Part shown: one piece after another, positions 28,201 through 41,974 of the stretch
Layout: each line of letters opens with the position of its first letter
How positions within the stretch are numbered: the first letter of the stretch is position 1
DNA from: Phoronis australis
Taxonomy: Eukaryota > Animalia > Phoronida
NCBI GenBank assembly: GCA_002633005.1
Contig: NMRA01000053.1
Coordinates: 998,780 to 1,062,779, forward strand
Reading direction: 5' to 3'
DNA length: 64,000 bases
Position numbers and translations under genes: made by a program
Notes under the pieces: generated by a model
Seen by the model: the letters and a program-made list of their open reading frames with translations, nothing else
Databases searched by the model: none
What the model was told of the DNA's origin: nothing

Positions 28201-31200
28201 CGCTCACCACAAGTTACTGCGAACCTGGCAGATAGAACCTGGCTCCAAGGGGAGGTCCCTAAACTGTTGAATTAATTAGTTCATGGATAACCCGGCAGTG
28301 CATGTACTTACATGGTGTATGATTTTGCCGGGAAACAGTATTGCAGTCTATAGTGAATACGTACGTCATGTCTGTACTGCATGGCAAGTAGCAGATGATG
28401 TGGAGGTTTCACAAACTTAGTTGGGCTGACATATCCCATAATTCTACCGGATAAAACAGACTCAACGAAAGCACTTAGTCCTATCCTGTCGGTTCTCGTT
28501 TGTGCTTATGCAGCGCAGCAACGTTGCCATTTGTTGAGTATGTTTACTAATTCTCGAAATGCTCACCTGGCTTGGCTATTTGGTTCTGGAAAATAATGAT
28601 GTTTTGATAATGGCTTTTAATGTAGCGTGCATCCGTGTCAAGGTCTTCATAACTTCAGCATTACAGCTGCCTATACGGGCTCAGCGGTGCCGCGTTTCAT
28701 AGCTGCACGACACGCGCGAAAAAAGAAAGATCCCTCGAGTTTTCGAGAGATATCGATCGCCATGAATTACTTGATCACACAAGCTTTATTTCGTCTGCGG
28801 AACGCGCCGCGGTTCGCATTCAGTTAAAAATAATTGCAGGCGGTCTGGTACACGTTGTGCCAGGCGGACATTGGCCGCTGTGGTGGGCCCATTGCACTGA
28901 TCGCCTGGAACCATTTTTATGTTTTATTAACACATACATAGTTGAAACCGGGGTGAGGAGCTAGAGATCTGACTCACTGGTCTAGCAGTGTGTCCCAGTG
29001 GGACTCGACAATTTCACACAAATAATCACGTTCACTTTGAAAAAATTTGCACTGCAATAAATCAAATTACATGTTAATAAACTAACGTAAATTTAACCAC
29101 TTTTTCAACTATTGGCGATCTTATTCAACAAACAATAACTGATTTAACCATTCACACATTCCACCGATCTTTTAACACAAGTTACAGTAAAAGAGAAAAT
29201 GGATGAACAAAATACCAATAGTTACAAAAATTCCTTACACTGGACAAAAAATTCACCTCATTGCCCAAATGAATATTCACGCATACGCGATCTTGAGATT
29301 AAGCAGGATTGTAAGTTCACGAACAGCACATGGACCACTTTATTTGTTTACACCTTCCATCAAATACCGAATGCACACCTGGCAAAAATGTTTAGGCCTA
29401 CCTAGCAGAATGAGAACGTGAGGACCAAACTGCTCCGTTTTGCGCAAGTGTAGAACATACGCAATTAGTTTTATAGATGAAACGCAATCACCGAAGATTT
29501 AATATTCTTTACAATAGCTTCATTTGCAAAAGCCGGACAGAATAAGCCAATACATAATGTACTGGCGTGGCACGGCCTCATGCGGGAATACGGGCAATCT
29601 GTGGTTTCGTCCTTGGCTTAATGCTGCTGGTAACTGCAAAGGGCACAGATAGACTGACACAATAGGAACGATGCGAGCACGCGGCGCCAGCTTTTATAAA
29701 AATCAATGGACGAGAAAAGAATTATTACGCAGTGTAGACAACGAAAGGAATTTTAAATCAACACCTTCGGTATAGTATTCATTCACACGACACACAGCCC
29801 ACCATTTGTCGCCTGCTCAAATGCATGCAAATCACCTTGTCTTCGAATCTTATTGTACTCACTCAGAAACCACTACACGCGCAGCAAGTAGTTCCGCGCA
29901 TTTCGGTCTCGTTCGGAGCGCAAGTAGCTAGTTCGTCTGCCGTGAATCCGCTCTCAATATACTGACGCCAGAGAGCTTCATACCGTAGAAGAGTCAGGTC
30001 AAGTAGTCACGTGACTAGCGATCTAATTTGATTGAAAAATCCATAGCAGTCACGCCGAGGAGCGATCGCGCACCAAAACATCTGCGTTACTTTGACTGTA
30101 ATTACGACTGTGGCAATGGGGTGTACAGGTCAGAAATGCCGATCAACGTTGACTATTACAATCATGATTACGGGTCGGCAAAGACTTGACGTCTTGGCGA
30201 TATACTCCACTTGTACATATAGTTTTCAATCATAGAGACGACGTGACTCTTCGTTCCCGTTGGTTTTGCAAAATAATGCGTAGATGTCCGTTCAAAGTTT
30301 TCATCAAAATGATGTAGTTTTTATGGAAACTAAATCTGCTGAATATAACACAGATATTTGTCATGCAAAGCGTCCAAAATTAAAATCGCGTAATCAACAA
30401 AATGGTAAATATCATTATAGAATATTTGAATCAACAAATAAAATACTCAGAGGAGCATAGCAAACGCGTACGCTAGAATTATTTTCAGTTTTGCACTCCT
30501 CAGAACACTTGGGGGTATTTGATTAAGTATAGCCTAAATGACTAGTCGTTTCCTCCGTGTCAAATGCTTCCAAGTCTGAGCATTCAAACACCTGCGATTC
30601 TAACAATCCGGGAGCGACTGCTCATTTCAAAGAGATCCTATAATGAAGTCCGCAATACCTGCCAGCCTTTTAAGATGCGGCATTTAACTTGATAAATGCC
30701 GCGCGTACAACACATCATTGAATTCAACAAGGTCTAGTTGTTTGGAAAATGTATTAAACCACTTCGCTTTACTCTTCAGCGCATATAACAATAAAAATGC
30801 AGGCTATTTCAAACATCTAAACTGTAATAAGAGGGATTGGATGCGGACCATACAGGTCGACCTTCGAGTAATGCACACCGGACAATGGTAACCAACTTTA
30901 AACCCAATATAACAGAGGAGAAATAATCCTACCATCGGCCATGTTGATACGCTTCGAAACAAAATCTGATTTTAAACCCAAATCCTCACTACTTTTTGTT
31001 AACCGTCACAGTGCTACCGTAAAAGAACTGCGAGTGAGCATTCACATTGTCAATGGCAATGCTCCTCGGGTTCAGAAGAATATATCGTTCATAAGTATTA
31101 CTAACGGCTCAACAATACTAGGGCAATATCTTAACCAGCCCACACCAGATGTTCTTCATAGTAAAGCCTCTTATCCTACCTAGAAATTCTATGTTAGTGT

Positions 31201-33559
31201 TCTCAAGTTGTTGCAGTCTCACGCGTCATAAGTATTTGTACAAAAGCTCCGGACAGAAATACTTGACCAACATTTTGTTAATGGCTAAACCTCACGCCAT
31301 CCGAGGTGATCTTTCCCAGTCTTCATTCATTCACAGTCATTCGGAACAACTGACGCTGACGTCAGTATATCAGCGAGGAAAGACGCGCCAAATATTTCGT
31401 GGAGACACCTCACGTGAGGCAATTGCCTGTGTACGCTGTGGGAGTCGCAATGCATTACCGCAGAGCAATATAAAGATTTCCTTGAAATAAACTAGAATTT
31501 AGATATTTATATATTTTTTGTGCAACATCTATCTCTGACTAACGCAAGATTTGTTGTTAATTTAATCTGTAAACAATAAGTACACATAAATTGTTTGCAA
31601 ACTTCGGCGGGGGTAAAAAGGTGTTGACCAGAAGGGTGGAGGGTAAAACTGGTGGCCATGCTGATGTCGTTGGTGGGGGGTGAGTTACACACCTGTTCGC
31701 TCCAATAAATACACTACTTTCAATTTCTCCTTTTAGTGGTGAGCTAAATTGTGTCGTGACCAAGACTCTCTCCAGATTTCATCTCAGACTTCATGATATC
31801 ACTTCGTCGAAAAAATTGTTTTCAACTTTACTGAAAGACGTTACTGGAACAAAAGATGTCACAGGCGCTGACGATGCAGCGTCACTGAGGTCTACAATAT
31901 GGTTGTACTCAAGTAAGCATGTTAAATCTCTAAATATTACGTTTAGGTTGGTAAGGAAAATATAATTTTTAAAAACTTGAGAAGGTAGGCCTACTCGTTT
32001 CCCATGAATATCCGCAATGCACCTCCTTTGTTCAATCTAGATAAAGAATCCGTTAAACACAAAAATACTACGCGCAATGTGCGTCAAATTTCAAAAGCAC
32101 AATTTAACCCTAAAATTAAAAATAAACAAATTTCTATCTCTGGGAATACGTCTTTTAATAAATAACCGGAAGTATTCCAAGTGTCTCAGCTGCGACAATT
32201 GCTCCTCGCTATAAAACATTTATTTTATTGATTTGGCATTTAAGTTTCCGTTGATCTATAGTGTTTTATTCATCTAATCTTCCTGTTATGCGATTTAAAC
32301 AAACTCGTGTGTAGTTAATTACAAGTCATATGCGCTTCGCTTACAGTGCTACGTTCAGCCATACAATGCTTCTCTGGAGTCCACGCAAGGTCGTGCACGG
32401 AATCTTATAAGGAGGCAATAAACCCTCGCCTTCTGTCAAAAACCTACTTTTGACTAAGGCCATTAATTGGTCTCACTATGTTCCTTACTGAGATTAGAAG
32501 TGATTTCAAGGCTTGAGACGAATTTACATGTCGTAATTTTCTTCAGATCAGGGTCATTAAGTTGTTTTTATGGCGCACGCGTCTTGATACGCCCGTGCAA
32601 TAACAGCGTCACGTGCCCGTTCAATAACCCAAAGGTTATTGTACAGTCATGTGACACGGTTATTGCACAGGGAAGAAAACTTCGGCGAACAAATGTGGAT
32701 TTCCTGTGGAAGAAATTAACATAAAAAATTGCGAGCGTTTTCACTATGCGTGTACTGTCATAAGCCTCGGTTGGTGCACCGAGCACTGGCAAGTATTTTC
32801 ACTCGGCTTTCGGCCCGGCCCCGTGAAAATGTGTCATGGCTGGCTAGTTTCAATCGCATAGGCAGTTAGTATTATATGACCGCAAGAAGACTTCCAGGCG
32901 ATTTAGAATAGGTAATTTCAAAGCCGGACAAAAACACAAATGCGCTCAGCTTTGGCAGAGAAAATGGGGCCTACACCTGTAAAGAAATTGCATCTAGACG
33001 ATTTCGAATCCTTTTGTTTAATTGGTTTATTGGGGTGTTGTAGACAATTTTGCCGATACCTAGACTGGATCCCATTTTTGCCGCGTGCCAACCAAGCGTT
33101 CGTTCAGCCAAGTGGCAAGTGGTTGAAAGAGCTAGGCTTTATGCGACTATACGTCACACTCGGAAGTCATACGTCACCACGCTCGTTCGCAATTCTACGA
33201 AATGAAGCACTGTGAATGTTGTTTAACGTAGCTTCTCATTGCTTAAAGTAATGAAACCGTTGTCATAACATTCAGTCATTCCCACTGGTTGAAATCTGGG
33301 AAACCCCTTTTCAGTTTACTGTTACGTAGTATGGCGACAGCCATGCTCTTCGATGAGTTGCAGTTTATTAAAACGGACAGTGATCGAAGTAAATAAAATC
33401 AAGGAATCTCCGATCTTCCGACCAAGCATGCGCATTGATGTCCACAAACGGAATTCCGTGTGTTGTTCGCCCGAGGGTGATAATTCTCCAAAATCCACGA
33501 GGGCTCTATAGATAAGGGGGATAACGACTGACGGAGAACATGTAATAATCTAGTTTTAT

Positions 33560-34175
33560 TACACGTGATAAACGCCGGAATGGACCAATTCGGCTTAATG
33601 GACCGTGCCTCTTCAACAGGAGGATTCGGCCGGGGTAATCTTAGTTTGCTTTTTCGGTTTAACCTTATTAGCGGTGCTTGGGTCGGGTCTGAACGTAGTT
33701 TATATAGCGAGTTTTTAAGACTTCAAATGTCGATCATTGTCGCCTTGAACAGCGAATACAAACATTTGCCATAATGATCGTAACATCTAACGTTCTCAAG
33801 CATTTTCTTGCATGTGTCAGCGCAGAATTCCCGCAACACGGATACGTCTTGTTTCCAAGACAACAAAGTGAAGATATTTTGGATTTTGTTTGTGAATTTT
33901 AAGCTTCATTGAGCATTTTTTGCAATCCACCGCGTCATTCATTAATACATACATCGAAGCCAACTTCTCCAGAATACAGAGTCGGTCATCTAAATCGGTT
34001 ACGATTTGCTAGGTGCTGCGCCGTTGTCGTTCTGCCGTATATCCGCGGTGTGTTAAGAAACGCGTCAACAACCACAAGCTATTTCTCTTCCGAGTCACTG
34101 ACAAAAGAATGTTGCAGGGAGACGACTTTGAGCGAGTTTCCGAGAAATCGTTTCACTGGGAATGCGTATTTTCCA
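33560..34175 (+). pseudogene. Decayed transposon relic with Ulp1-like and PHD-like fragments
   Basis: IIVALNSEYKH(L) ~33733-33768; PRQQSED..GF.VCEF ~33855-33898 (resembles PQQ...DCG.FVC.F); KLFLFRVTDKRMLQGDDFER..KSFHWECV ~34075-34168 (PHD-like, most Cys lost); repeated AATGGACC at the left end. Confidence 0.35.
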
Positions 34176-36084
34176 ACAAGGTGTTAACACATTTTTACAA
34201 ATATCAACTCAAAGCTGACGAAGATGCAAGAAGCTCATCTCCAGCTACTTTTGCACTAAGTCATCAAGCAGTTCAATTACCCACTCTGGTGAAATGTCGC
34301 CGCAAAATGCTGAGCATGCTTTTTCTATTATGGCTTATCAGTTACAAACTCGATAACTTGTTTTTTGTATTAACTTTACTAGTTTTATCAAATTTGATGT
34401 GAAGTAGTAAAAAAATCTCAAACGTCCATTTATGTGTTCTCTGTAGTAGTGGCGTGATGTTTTGAGGTAATGGTGTCGCAAATAGGCACCGTTTGTTTAA
34501 GAATCGAACACTTTCCGGCATAATGTTATCATTCTCATTTAGAAGAAAACATCCCGCCTGCTACTTCAATCATACTGCAGTCTTTCCATAACTAAAACAA
34601 ATGCGGCGTATTCACAATTTGAATTGATTTAAACACGGTATTTTGAGGCAGTGACCTAAAGGCTGAACAAACACCAGCGACATTAGTCACTACATTATTG
34701 CACACTCGAGTTGCAAGCGTTTTATACGATTTTCAATCAAACATTGGTCAGTTCAGGATTATCAACTATGTGTAGTTAACTACAAGCTACCGCTGGTGGC
34801 CAAATCAAGGACCCGTCTCGTAGTCAACCCCTCCCCCCACTAGAGACGGTGGCTAGTTCGATTGCAGATACACTTTTTTCAAAATATTGGCCCCTTCAGC
34901 ATTGGTGCATTGCTGCTCAGCGACCGAAGAATCTGCTGCGACGTCAGAGAGCTCTCGAACATCCCAGAATTGCCAAATAGGCTTGCGGGTGGCACCACTT
35001 TGAGACCATATTTGTGGAATCCGTAGTAAATTTGCTTTCAAAATATAGTGCTGAACATTAGCAGGAAAATGATGGCTTTGGTTTGATAATTGTTAACTTT
35101 TTATTCATGCCATCTTTTTCGGAGCATCACATTCTTGTTCCGTGGAAGTAAAAGGCCAAAAATATGAGACAAAATGAAATTTCTGTGGCCATGTGTAGCG
35201 ATTTTAAGGTGAAAAATTTCATAAAGACTTTTTAAGAGCGTAAGAAGGGCAGCAAGTCCAAGGACGTGTGCACTGCCTGGAAAAATACAGCGAAACCTGT
35301 GTAGTGCCTCATGTAACCATTGTCTGTTTATCGCTGGCTTCTCGTACACTGTACTTGCACATGTATTTTGTCAATTCAGTCCGTTACGATTCTTTGCTTT
35401 TCTCGCTGTTTCCCAAACCAAGCAAAGCTGAACGATGTTCAAAACAACGTCCCCACACAAAACTAACCGCATGTAAAAACAACCCTCATACTCGTGTGTT
35501 GTTTCATAATGCTTGCTACACATAAGTACTTGTTTAGTTAATAGAATTCCCTCTTGATTAGCGTGGCTTTCATCAGCCCGTTTGGAAACTGTATGTAAGA
35601 GAAACACTGCCGCCGATTGAATATTTATTTACATAGTGTCGCAGGTGAAAATACGCAATTTTCCATTCAAATTTAATCATGTCATATGTGTTTGTATTTA
35701 GAGTTCACTAGCTGGTTGAGACCAAATTAAATAAACAACATAGTGTATTGGAGAGATATTAAAACTAAAGAATACTTCTATTTCAGGATGTTGTTATAAC
35801 TCGTCAAAGGTGTCGTAAACAAAAATGACTGGAAAAAGTGGGCAGGTGCGTTCAGTAGAGACAGTGATCGAGCATGATAATGAATACACACTCACTTTGG
35901 CCTCCATGCTTTTTGCTTTCGGCTTGATAATTTTTAGATAATCAATTTCACAAATACTATGCTAACATGAACAAGGGCGATGTATTCATGTAGATAAATC
36001 GACTAAAAGTTGCAGGTAACCAGTGTTTATCTTCGCGCTTTAAGCCAGGTGTATTCCAATTTAAATACACTCACATTTAAGAAC

Positions 36085-36260
36085 ATTATCGGTTTTACGA
36101 CCGAAAAACACATTTTCTGGATAACTGTTGGATAACATAGACTTTTTGAAGTTAATAGCTTTCACCAGAGTTATAAAGCAGCAGAATCCGTTTTTCGTAA
36201 GTTTGTTACAAATTGCCAATTCTTGCCGTTGGTCTGCCACACATTCGCTTAAGCCATGGT
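36085..36260 (+). repeat. Dispersed repeat fragment, homologous to ~16130-16285
   Basis: Same two blocks in the same order. Confidence 0.7.
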
Positions 36261-37051
36261 GCTTAAAATGCGCTGCCATTTATCTACTGGGGTTTAGCTA
36301 CGCCAACAAAGCATTTGACTGCGACGGTGATGGTTGCAGTTTCGAATCCGTGCTGAGGCTAACGGCAAAGATCGCATTTCGCGTCGGTAATGTCACCGTT
36401 TGAGCGCGGTACCAGCGTTAGTTTTTCTTCGTGGTAAAGGCTACCATGGTAGTAGAGGAAGAGTGACTATCTGACGGTTTTCACCTAAGTACATGTAACT
36501 CGACAGTTTGAAACAATAGACTAGCCCCTAAAGAATCTTGCGTACTTTGTGAACTCACGGACCACTTGAACGCGCTATTGACAATGTTATTACGACTGCA
36601 GAGACTAAGTAATTTCCAGTACTGATTGCCACAATGGAAAACTTGTATTCTACGCTTGTGAGTTCAACCTACACATTCTGTCATCATTTAAAGACAAAAT
36701 CAGGAAACTAGGTTAAAAAGTCATATAACTCCAACGATAATCCGACGACCGGCCTTTCGTTGTCACATGAAAGAGGATTATCTTGATTAAGTCACTGTAG
36801 TGAGATGACACAGGCTTACCACATCAATCTCTTGTCATAGTTATTGCAGCCATTTTCAAATTCTTCACATAAGTTTAAGCATGAATGGGCTTCTCTGAGA
36901 TTGTCATCATTAAAAATGAAAGTTCATACTATGATAAACGGTGTTCTTCTAGGAAGCGCCAGATGTACGTTACAAGTCTATAAACCATCCGGGTATTTTC
37001 GTAGCTTCAAACTTGCCCTCGGACGTGATCATTTTCTGTACATGTGCGCAT

Positions 37052-37920
37052 CCCTTACGAAAAATTCCAATAGGATTTCCTATTGGATTCCTATAGGAAA
37101 TCCTACAGGATCCAATAGGAATCCAATTGGATTTTGGACCAATATCCTTTAGGATTCCTATACGATCCTACTGAATTTCCTATAGTATCCTATAGGAAAT
37201 CCTATAGGCTTTCCTATTGGAACCTATAAGAAATCCATTAGGATCCTATAGAAATCCTTTAGGATATCCTATAGGAATTCTAATAAGACTTAAGAAATCC
37301 ATTAGGATTTCATGACATTTTCAATGTATACATAAAACAACGAAACAACAGTGTTCTCAACAAAGGAAATTCTTTGGAAACATTCAACTGGAACACAGGT
37401 AACCTCAAAGTTCTTGTACAGCAATCTACTCTGTTCTTAAAGAAGGCCCACAGCATGATATCTATATATGTTACAAATAGAGCACTAAACTGGGACTACA
37501 AAAGACCTGTGTGTTCCTTTTGCTTTTTCAAAACATGTTAAAGTAACTTATTATTTAAATGCTGAATGCTATAGGCTTTTATATGTTGTTCTCTGATAGT
37601 CAAAGCTGTAAGCTTATGTCGAGTGTTTTAGTTACTGTAAAGATAACTGTTCATTGAATAGCCTTTCAGTGGCACCTGTTGTCCTCTTGAGAAACTGTTC
37701 ATTTTAGCCACTAAGCCATACACAATCAAAACGTTTCCTTAGAAGTTTAGACACAACATTATAATTTACAACACCAGAAATGAAACAGCTATAATGACAG
37801 CTACATAGTTTACCCTTTTATGTTATGTTTTAAGAGAATTTCCTGTAGGAATCCTATAGGATTTTTCTATAGGATTTTCTATTGGATCCTATAGGTTCCT
37901 ATTGAATATTTTCGTATGGG
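37052..37920. mobile_element. CACTA/EnSpm-like non-autonomous element (CCC..GGG termini) with palindromic subterminal repeats
   Basis: CCCTTACGAAAAATTCCAATAGGA versus reverse-complement CCCATACGAAAATATTCAATAGGA; many TCCTATAGGA-like units at both ends; no clear TSD. Confidence 0.75.
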
Positions 37921-38282
37921 CAATGTAAATACGCATCCAATTATTCTCCAGTTTGAAACTCACGTGGCTTGCCATGTGACTAAACTACTACCCCTAGAGA
38001 ACATTTGAGGTTACGAAATTTACCCGATCTGGAGGTGTGTCCATATAGCTTCAAACCTACGGTCTAAGATACATAACATTCTTGATAAGGTGGCTGCTCT
38101 CAAAACCCATGGAATGTTTCTTCTGGGCTCTCAGAGACGGCACCCAGGCCCGTTTGCTCAATCATACATTCCCGACCTTCAAGGTATGCTTCCAGATTCC
38201 ATGTTAAAACTGCATTTCCCTGTTTATCTGATTAAAATGAAAATCGAGTTAGGCTAGGTCTTTTACTTTTATAAACCAGCCT

Positions 38283-38420
38283 CCCGTTCAGTAACGCTAG
38301 TACCTCGCTAAAAAGCAAGACTTCGCGAGATTTCGTGAGATATATATTTTAAATGAGGTCACGTGACCTTTGGCTAGATTTTAGGTTGGTCCTAGCGTAG
38401 GTCCTAGTGTTACTGAACTC
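38283..38420. mobile_element. ~140-bp MITE family copy
   Basis: GTTCAGTAACGCTAG ... CTAGTGTTACTGAAC inverted ends. Confidence 0.6.
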
Positions 38421-39534
38421 ACGCAAAATCTCGTAATATTACTCACCGTGCTCTATTTCCGTTACCAACTCAAGCCACAGACAATGCGTGCTTGCGCCTT
38501 TTTCGTTTCGGCCAACCCCAACAATGTTTGAAGGGTTTTCTTGCATTAGGCCTATCTAATTATTTCGATGTTCTTGTTGGTAACGGAAATGGAACCTTGA
38601 GGACTATAAGAGACCACTTTACATGTATGAACAAAGTAAATGCCAACTTAACAAAGTTATAAATTCTTTTTTACGTAGGTTATGATGATGAAGTAGGCCA
38701 CTAAGTGTGCACCACTCTCATTGGCCAATGAGTTACTAATTGGTTTACTCTAGCCAATTAAATCAAGGTCAAATACAGAAGCCATTTGTGATTAATGTGA
38801 ATATTTGTTTAAATTGGCCATTATTCAAACTGGTAAGCTAAAGCTAATTTCACATGAATTCTGTCAGAAATATTGTTTTATTTCGTCTTTGCAGCGTTCA
38901 GAAATTCAAAATTGGGAAGTTGTCAGTGAAGGTCTCTAAGGCAGTGCAAGCGATTTAAATTTCAGTACTATTCACATACAGTGAAATCCGAAAACACAAG
39001 ATTACAGACAAATCCCAGTAAACTTGTGTTTCCTGATTTCACTGCATTCACAAGTTGTAATCTGGTCTCATGGTACTCGTGTACCTAAAATAACCCAACG
39101 TGGCTGATGCCACTGACCGGACTTCACCCAGAGCGATGTGTATACACGTTTGACAGTACTGAACTAGAAACGAGGCTGAAAAGCGCTTATGCTTTTACAA
39201 CACAAAAGAACGATTCAAGTAATAGCTTACAGTATGGAAGAAAGCGAAGACTAAAATCTACCTTTAAACCATGCATACTTTGTACAGACTGTGGCAAGAT
39301 ACCGTAGGCTTCAAACAAAGCAACCGGATATATGGCCATCAGTGGGCTGTAATCCAATAGGTCATACTATTTTTGACAATATGTACTGAAAATCAATAAA
39401 TCATTGTCCATCCCACGAAAATATTGCCGTTTTTGCAAAATTATTCGTTTTAAGTCTAGTACTCCGGGAAAGTGCAAGCCGGTGATTTCGCAGATTTCAT
39501 TTACATTCAATGCACCTACAGCATAACAATTTCG

Positions 39535-41974
39535 TTATTACTCTGCGCGTGTACTGTAAGCGCAGAGTACTGTTGTTCCTGGGTTTTCTTCAATTTCATT
39601 CTTCTTATTCTTCTTATTCTTATTCTTCTTCCGACCCACTTTGAGGCTTGATAACTCCAAATTGGGTGCAGGTACGGTCTTTAAATTCAGCATATGACTT
39701 TTGACAGTATATAAATTTTGATTGCTTATATAATCATATTCCATATTGCACCGGAAGAGGTCGTTTGGTGCAAAGGTCATATAATTTTCAAAATGCTACT
39801 CCTTCAGTTTTAAAGCTATCTTTTTCAAATTCGGTGCACAGGTGTAAGTTAACATGACAATTTTAAAAATTACTTTTCTAAGTAATCAGGTCATCCAATC
39901 AGGTGAAATAGGTCAAAGGTCATTAGTTGCAAACTAAAATTTTGAGCTAGACACTTCAAATTGACAGGTTTGATTGCCACAGGTAAATCAAATCGGAATC
40001 TAAAGTTTCAGGTCATTTAGTGCAAACATGGAGTCATTAGCAGCATTTTTCTTCTGAAAATTTGACCTTTTCAATCAGCAAGTATTCTGATGTGTCAACC
40101 GTTAGGCAACTGTGATTCTCAGCGTTAAACACATTTTCCATGGGCTTTGTAGTAATTCTCCTAAAAATGCTTAAAATGCACCGGATAAGGTCAATTAGTG
40201 CAAAGGTCATGTAACGTTCAAAATGTTATATCTCTTACGTTTTTCAAGGAATTCTTTTCAATTTCAGCACACTGGTGTAAGTCAACATACCAATTGAGTA
40301 CCCTACTTTACTTCGCAATAGGCCTAACCAATCAGAAAAAATAGGTCAAAGGTCATTGAGTGCAAACTAAAATTTTGAGCTAGAGACTTCCGAATTACGT
40401 ATCTGTTTACTAAGTGCGATTGAGTTTGAATTCGAAATTTTCAGGTCATTTGGTGCACCCAATGGGGTCATTAGGTGCATTTTTCTTCTGAAAGTTTGAC
40501 CAATTCATTCATCTTGTATTCTGAAGTGCTTAAAGTAAAACATCTGTGATTATTAGCATTAGCCACAGTTTTAATCGAGTTAACAATTACTCCCTCATCG
40601 GGGCTCATAATGCACCGGAAGAGGTCAATTAGTGGAAAGGTCATCAAAACATTAATATGTAATTTCTCCTACAATTTTAAAGAATTCCTTTTCATATTGG
40701 TAAACGGGTTGCTGTCAGTAACTTCCCATAATAATTCCAGTAATACACACGCGCAGAGTCCGTTATTGTCACGCCGTGACAATAATCTTTCTAGTTCTTC
40801 TTCTTATTCTTCTTATTCTTCTTCTGACCAACTTTGAGGCTTCATAACTCCAAAGTGGGTGCAGGTACGGTCTTTAAATTCAGCATATGACTTTTGACAG
40901 TATATAAATTTTGATTGGTTATATAATCATATTCCATATTGCACCGGAAGAGGTCGTTTGGTGCAAAGGTCATATAATTTTCAAAATGCTACTCCTCTTT
41001 CAGTTTTAAAGCTATCTTTTTTAAATTCGGTGCACAGGTATAAGTCAATATGACAATTTAAAAAATTGCTTTTCTAAGTAATCGGGTCATCCAATCAGGT
41101 GAAATAAGTCAAAGGTCATTAGATGCAAACTAAAATTTTGAGCTAGACACTTCAAATTGACAGGTGTGATTGCCACAGGTAAATCAAATCGGAAACCAAA
41201 GTTTCGCGTCATTTAGTGCAAACATGGGGTCATTAGGTGCATTTTTCTTCTGAAAATTTAACCATTTCAATCAGCAAGTATTCTGATGTGTCAACCGTTA
41301 GACAACTGTGGTTCTCAGCGTTAAACACATTTTCCATGGGCTTTGCAATAGTTTGCCTAAAGATGCTTAAAATGCACCGGATAAGGTCAATTAGTGCAAA
41401 GGTCATGTAACGTTTAAAATGTTATATCTCTTACGTTTTACAAGGAATTCTTTTCAATTTCAGCACACTGGTATAAGTCAACATGCCAAGTGAATACCCT
41501 ACTTTACTTGGCAATAGGCCTGACCAATCACAAAAAATAGGTCAAAGGTCATTGAGTGCAAACTAAAATTTTGAGCTAGAGACTTCAGAATTACGTATCT
41601 GTTTACTAAGTGCGATTGAGTTTGAATTCTAAATTTTCAGGTCATTTGGTGCACCCATGGGGTCATTAGGTGCATTTTTCTTCTGAAAATTTGACCACTT
41701 CATTCATCTTGTATTCTGAAGTGCTTAAAGTAAAACATCTGTGATTATTAGCATTAACCACACTTTTAATCGAGTCAACAATTACTCCCTCATCGGGGAA
41801 GAGGTTAATTAGTGGAAAGGTCATCAAAAATTAATGTGTAATTTCTCCTACAATTTTAAAGAATTCGTTTTCATATTGGTAAATGGGTTGCTGTCTGTAA
41901 CTTTCCATAATAATTCCAGTAATACGCACGCGCAGAGTCCGTTATTGTCACGCCGTGACAATAATCTTTCTAGT
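39535..41974 (+). mobile_element. Helentron-associated non-autonomous element (HINE/DINE-like), head-to-tail dimer, period about 1179 bp
   Basis: 5' stem-loop TACTCTGCGC..GCGCAGAGTA, then a (TTC/TTA) microsatellite and ~430-bp internal repeats; 3' subTIR ACGCGCAGAGT, hairpin TTATTGTCAC-GCC-GTGACAATAA and CTAG ends at 40791-40794 and 41970-41973. Confidence 0.85.

Noticed and set aside
31600-31760. Apparent donor GTGAGT and acceptor TTTTAG pair on +
   Set aside because: The two spliced frames I tested hit stops within a few codons; no homology recognised.
32101-32115. TAACCCTAA as a telomerase RNA template
   Set aside because: Isolated match in AT-rich DNA with no pseudoknot or H/ACA context recognised.
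33909-34187. VVLPYIRGV, resembling a Penelope RT C-terminal motif
   Set aside because: No flanking RT or GIY-YIG motifs.
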